A stretch of 64,000 nucleotides of DNA from contig JBAZUE010000001.1 in the NCBI GenBank assembly GCA_041661605.1, positions 670,928 through 734,927 of the forward strand, in the 5' to 3' direction. The translations under genes were made by a program, and so were the position numbers. The notes beneath the pieces were generated by a model. It was not told the DNA's origin. It searched no databases and was given only the letters and a program-made list of their open reading frames with translations. The DNA is from Candidatus Omnitrophota bacterium. GTDB lineage: Bacteria > Omnitrophota > Gorgyraeia > Gygaellales > Profunditerraquicolaceae. This document shows positions 58,261 to 64,000 of the stretch, one piece after another (position 1 is the first letter of the stretch; every line of letters begins with the position of its first letter).

Positions 58261-60455
58261 AGAGTCCTGGCAATCTTTTCTATATCATAAGCCTCGATAA
58301 TATCCCCCTCCATCAACTGATCAAATCCGCTGATAGCAATACCGCACTCAAACCCTTCGGAGACATCACGCACATCATCCTTAAAGCGCTTCAGGCTTGA
58401 CAGCTTGCCTTCAAAAGCAGCCTGTCCGTTGCGCATCACCGTAACCAGGCTGTTGCGGGTAATTTTACCTTTAGTTATTATGCATCCGGCGATCAATCCG
58501 GAACGGGAAAGTTTGAACATCTTCTTAACATCAGCCCTGCCTAAGAATACTCTTTTCAATCTAGGATCGAGCATACCTTCTACCGCGGCTTTTATATCAT
58601 TAGCCAACTCATAAATTATATTGTATATCTTTACTTCAATACCTTCTTTGGCAATCAACTCTTTGGCCAATTCATCAGCACTGACATTAAAACCTACGAT
58701 CAAGGCATCGGAAGCCATCGCCAAAATTACATCTGAGTTGTTAATATTGCCTACTCCGGTATGAATCACATCAATCTTTATTTCAGAGACATTTAACTTA
58801 TCCAAAGTATCCTTAATCGCTTCCAGCGAACCCTGGACATCGGACTTAATAATCAACTTTAACTCTTTGATCTTTCCTTCGGCAATTTTAGCGTGCAGGT
58901 CTTCCAGGCTTACTCTTTTTACGATTTTTACCTGTTGCTGCTTCTCTTTTTCCATTCGCACCTGAACTAAATCTTTTGCCTGCTTTTCATCTTCAATCGC
59001 AAAAAACTGCTCGCCTACCTGCGGAATTCCGCTTATCCCCAGCACCTCTACCGGAGAAGCAGGCCCGATAGCAGTCACTGACTGGCCCAGGTCATTAAGC
59101 ATCGCCCGGATCTTCCCATAGAAATTGCCCACAATAATATTCTGGTTAAGGCGCAGAGTCCCGTTTTGCACAAGAAGCGTAGCTACTGGGCCCCTGCCTT
59201 TAGCCATCTTTGCCTCTACAACCACTCCGTTTGCCAGGCGGTCAGGGTTTGCTTTTAATTCCATTATCTCCGCCTGCAGCAGGATCATCTCCAGTAAATT
59301 GTCTATTCCCAAACCGGTCTTAGCGGAAACAGGCACGGTAATAGTTTTACCGCCCCAATCTTCAGCGGTTAGCCCGGCTTGTGATAATTGCTTTTTAACC
59401 ATATCGACATCTGCCTGCGGCTTATCTATTTTATTTATGGCGACAATAATGGTTACTCCGGCAGCGCGCGCGTGGTCAATTGCCTCCTGGGTCTGCGGCA
59501 TAATCCCGTCATCGGCGGCAACTACCAAAACCACGATGTCGGTAATCCGTGCGCCCCTGGCGCGCATAGCGGTGAATGCTTCATGGCCAGGCGTATCCAG
59601 AAAAGTAATCTCGCCCCCCGGAAGGCTGACACGATAAGCACCGATATGCTGAGTAATCCCTCCGTGCTCCCCCTCTGCAACCTTGGTTTTACGTATGGCA
59701 TCAAGAAGAGAAGTTTTACCGTGATCAACATGTCCCATAAAGGTAACTATCGGCGAGCGCTTCTTAAGCTGGTCAGGCCTGTCTTTTTCTTTATGTTCCT
59801 GCAGGGCTATTTCTTCGGCGTTAAGGGCTTTTTTAATCGCACAATTGTACTTTAAGCACAGCTTGTTTACAGACTCCTCATCCAGGGGTTGGTTAATCCC
59901 AACCATTACCCCCATGCTCATAAAATGTTTTATGAGAACGCTTGATTTCTCCTGTAATTTTACCGCCAAATCTTTAAGCGTAATCGGAAGCTCGATCTCA
60001 ATCTCTTTACTCGGGGCAGCTTCAACCTTAATCTCAGGGAGAGGTTCAGGTTTTATCTCATGAACCGGAACTGCTACAGGTTTAATTTCAGGCTTCTGCG
60101 CTGCACCCGATTCTATTGGATGAATCGGTACGCGCCTCTGCGCAGCATCCGATTCTATTGGATGAATCGGTACGCGCTTCTGCGCTATAGCCGATTCTAT
60201 CTTAATTTCAACTTTTGGCTCATGTTTTACCGCAGGCTTAATTACCGGGAGGGCTTCTTCCTTCTTCTTTTTTAAGGCAACCTTAGGTTTAAGCGGCTTA
60301 GCTGCAGCCTTAGGCTTCAAAGCATGCGAAGCATGCGCAGCATGCGCCTTGGGCATGACCTTTTTGATCTTTGCCTCAACTTTCTTATGCGCTGCACCCT
60401 TAGGTTTAGCTATTTTCTTTACTGCTGTTTTTTCTTTCTTTACCTTAAGCATCAT
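58257..60455 (-). CDS. infB: Translation initiation factor IF-2
   Basis: Lys/Ala/Pro-rich N-terminus, G-domain (GHVDHGKTSLLD, DTPGHEAF, NKID), C-terminal domains. Confidence 0.97.
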   Translation of the reverse strand: MMLKVKKEKTAVKKIAKPKGAAHKKVEAKIKKVMPKAHAAHASHALKPKAAAKPLKPKVALKKKKEEALPVIKPAVKHEPKVEIKIESAIAQKRVPIHPIESDAAQRRVPIHPIESGAAQKPEIKPVAVPVHEIKPEPLPEIKVEAAPSKEIEIELPITLKDLAVKLQEKSSVLIKHFMSMGVMVGINQPLDEESVNKLCLKYNCAIKKALNAEEIALQEHKEKDRPDQLKKRSPIVTFMGHVDHGKTSLLDAIRKTKVAEGEHGGITQHIGAYRVSLPGGEITFLDTPGHEAFTAMRARGARITDIVVLVVAADDGIMPQTQEAIDHARAAGVTIIVAINKIDKPQADVDMVKKQLSQAGLTAEDWGGKTITVPVSAKTGLGIDNLLEMILLQAEIMELKANPDRLANGVVVEAKMAKGRGPVATLLVQNGTLRLNQNIIVGNFYGKIRAMLNDLGQSVTAIGPASPVEVLGISGIPQVGEQFFAIEDEKQAKDLVQVRMEKEKQQQVKIVKRVSLEDLHAKIAEGKIKELKLIIKSDVQGSLEAIKDTLDKLNVSEIKIDVIHTGVGNINNSDVILAMASDALIVGFNVSADELAKELIAKEGIEVKIYNIIYELANDIKAAVEGMLDPRLKRVFLGRADVKKMFKLSRSGLIAGCIITKGKITRNSLVTVMRNGQAAFEGKLSSLKRFKDDVRDVSEGFECGIAISGFDQLMEGDIIEAYDIEKIARTL
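60107..60204 (-). repeat. Coding tandem repeat, 42-nt unit x ~2.3, in the IF-2 N-terminal region
   Basis: ccgattctattggatgaatcggtacgcgc(c/t)tctgcgc... at 60107 and 60149, with a partial copy at 60191; encodes AQ(K/R)RVPIHPIES(D/G)A. Confidence 0.9.
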
Positions 60456-60466
60456 CTCTCTCCCCC

Positions 60467-60508
60467 AACTGCCTGTCTACCGACAGGTAACCTGCAGGCA
60501 GTTTTTTT
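60467..60508. terminator. Hairpin between nusA and infB; T7 run is on the plus (antisense) side only
   Basis: AACTGCCTG ... CAGGCAGTT followed by TTTTTTT on the plus strand; inner alternative CCTGTC-TACC-GACAGG; on the minus strand it directly precedes the infB SD (GGGGGAGAGAG). Confidence 0.35.
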
Positions 60509-60518
60509 ATATTAAAAA

Positions 60519-61790
60519 TTAAGCTAATTTCTTTGCTTCTGCAAATATCTTTTGAGCTTTCTTTTCTCCAATACCTTTAATCTTTACCAACCCTTCTTCT
60601 TTAATCTTTATAATATCATCAATGCTATGAACCCCTGCTTCTTTTAAGCTTTCAATAGTCTTTTCTCCAACTCCTGAAAGGTCTTCTAAAGAAGTACCTT
60701 CCTTTTTAGAAACTTTCTTGGTTTCTTTCTTGGCTTCTTTTTTAGCCGCTTTCCTGGCTTTCTTTACCTTAACCTCCTCTTGAGGAGCTTCTTTTGTTTC
60801 TGGTTGAGCAACCTTAGCTTCTGCTTTTCCTCCCAGCGCCTCGGCGGCAATCATGCTCTTGGTCCGGATATCCAACTCCCAGCCTACAAGCCTGGAAGCC
60901 AGGCGCACATTTTGGCCATGTTTGCCAATACTCAAAGAAAGCTGATCGTCATCCACGATAACTTCAGCCTTCATCTTTTCCCTGTCTAATTTTATCTCGG
61001 AAACCTTAGCCGGAGAAAGTGCAGCCTTGATATATTCACGCACATCATCATTAAAACGCACTATATCAATCTTCTCTCCTTGCAGCTCATTGACAATATT
61101 TCTTACGCGGTTTCCGCGCATACCTACACAGGCGCCTACTGAATCGACCTTGTCATTCTTTGAAGAAACCGAAATCTTGGTGCGCTCGCCTGCCTGGCGG
61201 GATATAGCTTTTATTTCAACGATCCCTTCATAAATCTCAGGGACCTCTAATTCAAATAATTCTTTAACCAAATTAGGATGCGCACGCGATAAAATAATCT
61301 GGGGCCCCTTGACGTCTTTTTTTACCTCAACAACATAAGCGCGGATGCGTTGGCCCTGCTTAAACTCTTCCTTGGGAGACTGTTCACGTTTAAGTAAAAT
61401 ACCTTCGGCTTTACCCAAAAGGTCGACAATCACATTGCCCTTCTCAAAACGATAGACAGTGCCGCTGACAATCTCTCCTACGCGGCTCTGGAACTCGCCA
61501 AAAACAACATCCTTCTCCGCCTCGCGCATCTTCTGGATAATAACCTGGCGGGCAGTGGAAGCGGCAATACGCCCAAAATCAATATTGGTTACCTTTTCAT
61601 TATTACGAAAAGCACGGATCTCACCCGTTACGCGGTCAATCTCAACCTTAAACTCCTCATCCGGTTTTAGATCAATCACTCTCTTGGCAGCGCTAAGCAT
61701 AGCGCTTTCCACTGCTTCAAGCATAATTTCTTTCTTAATCCCTTTTTCACGTTCAATCTGTTCAATAATTGCCAAAAGTTCATGACTCAT
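60519..61790 (-). CDS. nusA: Transcription termination/antitermination factor NusA
   Basis: N-terminal domain, S1, two KH domains, Lys-rich linker and a C-terminal HhH (acidic repeat-like) domain. Confidence 0.95.
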   Translation of the reverse strand: MSHELLAIIEQIEREKGIKKEIMLEAVESAMLSAAKRVIDLKPDEEFKVEIDRVTGEIRAFRNNEKVTNIDFGRIAASTARQVIIQKMREAEKDVVFGEFQSRVGEIVSGTVYRFEKGNVIVDLLGKAEGILLKREQSPKEEFKQGQRIRAYVVEVKKDVKGPQIILSRAHPNLVKELFELEVPEIYEGIVEIKAISRQAGERTKISVSSKNDKVDSVGACVGMRGNRVRNIVNELQGEKIDIVRFNDDVREYIKAALSPAKVSEIKLDREKMKAEVIVDDDQLSLSIGKHGQNVRLASRLVGWELDIRTKSMIAAEALGGKAEAKVAQPETKEAPQEEVKVKKARKAAKKEAKKETKKVSKKEGTSLEDLSGVGEKTIESLKEAGVHSIDDIIKIKEEGLVKIKGIGEKKAQKIFAEAKKLA

Positions 61791-61800
61791 TTTAATTCTC

Positions 61801-62271
61801 CTAAATTACCAGTTTTGCTTTGTTTATTTTAATTAAGGGGATCTCCAAAACCTCCCCCTCCCCGGTTCGCCCTACAAATACAGTTGTTTCATTGACCTTG
61901 CTGATTAGGCCATTCCACTCACATTTACCGCTTACTAAATCATTGAGGAAAAACACCGCCTCTTTATTCAGGCAACGCATAAAATCTTCTTTTGTCTTTA
62001 ACGGCCTGTCAAGTCCGGGAGAAGAAACTTCTAAGCTATATTGTCCGGATAATATATTCTTTTCATCAAGCTCCTGGCGGACCAGACGGTTCAGCAAAGC
62101 ACACTCCCCTAAACTGATCCCCCCTTCAGGCCTGTCAACAAGCAGGCCTAAGAATAATCCTGGACCATCCTGCCTGAAAATAATATCCACCAAGACAAAA
62201 CCTTGCGCAGCAAATAACTCCTTGATTAAGGCACCTATCTCCTGTTTCAATGTCTCTCGATCCATAAGCAC
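61801..62271 (-). CDS. rimP: Ribosome maturation factor RimP
   Basis: 156 aa; YSLEVSSPGLDRPL motif; classical rimP-nusA-infB order. Confidence 0.85.
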   Translation of the reverse strand: MLMDRETLKQEIGALIKELFAAQGFVLVDIIFRQDGPGLFLGLLVDRPEGGISLGECALLNRLVRQELDEKNILSGQYSLEVSSPGLDRPLKTKEDFMRCLNKEAVFFLNDLVSGKCEWNGLISKVNETTVFVGRTGEGEVLEIPLIKINKAKLVI

Positions 62272-62284
62272 CTGCGCAATCCTT

Positions 62285-63547
62285 TTACCGGACAGTTGAT
62301 ACGCTGGTTAAACTCTTTATTTTCTCCAACGCCTGTTCTTTTGGGCAGATTATCTTTTCTTTACTGGCGCGCAACTTTATTTCAACAACATTATCTTTAA
62401 CCGCGTTGCGGCCGATAATCACCTGTAAAGGTATCCCCAAAAGATCCGCATCCTTGAATTTAATTCCCGCCCGTTCGTCCCGGTCATCCAAAAGCGTTTC
62501 TTTACCCGCATCAGTAACCTGCCGATAAATATCCTTGGCTGAATTCATAATCGCCGCATCCGTTACATCTAGGGGGAGAATAATCACTTCAAAAGGCGCT
62601 ACTTCAGCCGGCCAGATAATCCCTTCACTGTCATTATTCTGCTCAATTACCGCCGAAACCAGCCGGGATACGCCAATACCATAACAACCCATGATTATTG
62701 GCTTAAGCTTGCCGCTGGCGTCAGAGAAGTTAGCCTGCATTGCCTGGCTATATTTTGTCCCTAACTTAAAAATATGTCCGACCTCAATACAGTTAAGCTT
62801 ATCCATTTTAGTTTTGCACTTCGGACACTCCTGGCTTTGCTCTTCCTTAAAAGCCCTGGCCGCAGAACAATTTGGGCATGATAGAACAATATCTTCACCG
62901 TCCTGACTGGGAACCATAAACTCATGCGAGACCTTGCCTCCCATAACTCCCGAATCCGCCTCAGTAATCAGGATTCTTAAACCCAGGCGCGAAAATATAT
63001 TCTTATAAGCGCCAAACATCGCCTGATAGTTTTTATCCAGGCCTGCCTCATCCTGATCAAAACTATAAGCATCTTTCATAATGAACTCGCAGCAGCGGAT
63101 CAATCCGAAACGCGGCCGGATCTCATCGCGGAATTTAGTCTGGATCTGGTATAAAACCAAAGGAAGCTGCCTGTAACTTGAGACCTGGCTCTTCACTAAG
63201 TCCGTAATCGCCTCTTCGTGTGTCGGACCAAGGCAGATACTTCTGCCCCGGCGGTCCTTAAAACCAAACATCACCTGGCCTAAATCTTTATCCCGGCCGG
63301 TTTTCTGCCAAAGTTCAAGCGGCTGTAAAGCCGGAAGTAATAGTTCATTTGCGCCGCAGGCATTCATCTCCTCCCGGATAATCTCCTGGATATTCTCCAG
63401 GACTTTTAGCCCCAAAGGAAGATAAGAATACACCCCGGCCATAAGCATACGCACAAGGCCTGCGCGCAGCAGCAATTTATGGCTGATTGATTCTGCCTCC
63501 TGCGGATTCTCTTTTAATGTCGGAATAAAACTCTTGCTCCAAAACAT
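62285..63547 (-). CDS. proS: Proline--tRNA ligase, short bacterial-type lacking the INS editing domain
   Basis: Class II motifs (HKLLLRAG, FRDEIRPRFGLIRCCEF, GCYGIGVSRL) and a C-terminal anticodon-binding domain. The INS position is occupied by a ~30-aa CPNC...CPKC segment. Confidence 0.9.
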   Translation of the reverse strand: MFWSKSFIPTLKENPQEAESISHKLLLRAGLVRMLMAGVYSYLPLGLKVLENIQEIIREEMNACGANELLLPALQPLELWQKTGRDKDLGQVMFGFKDRRGRSICLGPTHEEAITDLVKSQVSSYRQLPLVLYQIQTKFRDEIRPRFGLIRCCEFIMKDAYSFDQDEAGLDKNYQAMFGAYKNIFSRLGLRILITEADSGVMGGKVSHEFMVPSQDGEDIVLSCPNCSAARAFKEEQSQECPKCKTKMDKLNCIEVGHIFKLGTKYSQAMQANFSDASGKLKPIIMGCYGIGVSRLVSAVIEQNNDSEGIIWPAEVAPFEVIILPLDVTDAAIMNSAKDIYRQVTDAGKETLLDDRDERAGIKFKDADLLGIPLQVIIGRNAVKDNVVEIKLRASKEKIICPKEQALEKIKSLTSVSTVR

Positions 63548-63548
63548 G

Positions 63549-64000
63549 TCAATCCTTATTAAAGATTTCTTTTGGTAAAATTACTCCTCTTTTGGCAAAA
63601 AGCGGATAAAATGCCGGATGGGTACCGGTAGCCCTGAAACGTCCGTTCACCTTGCCATGTTCAACAACATCATTTATTTCGTAATAAAAAATATCCTCCA
63701 GACTAACCAAGCCGTCTTTGAGCCCGTTTACCTGGGTAATCCGGGTTATCTTACGCGAACCATCAGCAAGCTGATCCTGTTGAATAATTAAATGTAAAGA
63801 TGCGGAAATCTGCCGGTGAATCGCCTCTAAAGATATAGGGATGCCTGACATCAAGATCATTGTTTCTAAACGGTATATAACCTCTTGAGGAGAGTTCGCG
63901 TGGATTACTGAAAGGGCTCCGCTGTGTCCGGAGCACATCGCCTGAAGCATATCCAAAGCCTCGACACTTCTAATTTCCCCCAAGATAATCCTTTGCGGCC
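63549..64000 (-). CDS. CpaF/TadA-type type II/IV secretion ATPase, C-terminal part (5' end beyond the window)
   Basis: The frame stays open to the window edge: ..PQRIILGEIRSVEALDMLQAMCSGHSGALSVIHANS.. (Asp-box/His-box region). Confidence 0.8.
   Translation of the reverse strand, partial: PQRIILGEIRSVEALDMLQAMCSGHSGALSVIHANSPQEVIYRLETMILMSGIPISLEAIHRQISASLHLIIQQDQLADGSRKITRITQVNGLKDGLVSLEDIFYYEINDVVEHGKVNGRFRATGTHPAFYPLFAKRGVILPKEIFNKD

Noticed and set aside
59125-59637. Long plus-strand ORFs antisense to minus-strand genes (this 170-aa one; also 23257-23751, 15711-16202, 32108-32581, 61820-62299, 29556-30005, 3075-3473, 3967-4377 and others).
   Set aside because: All lie entirely inside confidently identified minus-strand genes, encode low-complexity Ser/Leu/Ile-rich sequences and lack SD sites. 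They are shadow ORFs.

Overview
Gene-dense (roughly 95% coding) 64-kb chromosomal segment from a moderately AT-rich bacterium. The taxon cannot be determined from sequence alone; acsB, metF and queH hint at an anaerobe. About 64 protein-coding genes are present. All but two (rpmB and a decayed ORF6N gene) lie on the minus strand, and many are translationally coupled through 4-nt ATGA-type overlaps. Content is overwhelmingly housekeeping: rimO(partial)-rodZ-ftsK-pnp-rpsO; arfB; plsC; a UvrD-type helicase fused to a Cas4/AddB-like Fe-S nuclease; LOG and SUI1; a TPR-rich Ser/Thr kinase-like protein with a degenerate catalytic loop; recJ-argS-rsfS; prfA-prmC-murA followed directly by a trpGDCF-x-BA operon with no trpE; rho and rpmE; coaE-glgA-polA; a partial Wood-Ljungdahl set (fchA-folD-metF-acsB); yraN-rnhB-rplS-trmD-tgt; queA and queH; ruvB-scpA-trpS-infB-nusA-rimP-proS; and the 3' part of a CpaF/TadA-type ATPase. 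I found no rRNA, tRNA, CRISPR array, transposase or integrase. The only clearly accessory stretch is a ~2.8-kb AT-rich islet (about 49.9-52.75 kb) that splits a tgt/queA/queH neighbourhood. It holds a decayed ORF6N gene, a two-gene cassette (single-pass membrane protein plus an N-terminal HNH nuclease with an unknown C-terminal domain) and three large GC-rich structured elements, including a 150-nt rod of five nested helices. This islet is my best candidate for an undescribed system, possibly a defence module with an associated structured RNA or DNA element. That is an inference from context and motifs, not from any database hit. Other points worth a second look: matching two-hairpin modules placed exactly 4 nt after the rho and rpmE stop codons with compensatory stem changes, a 129-codon in-frame extension on acsB, and three small unlisted ORFs with strong SD sites. 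All family calls come from motif recognition by eye; no searches were run.
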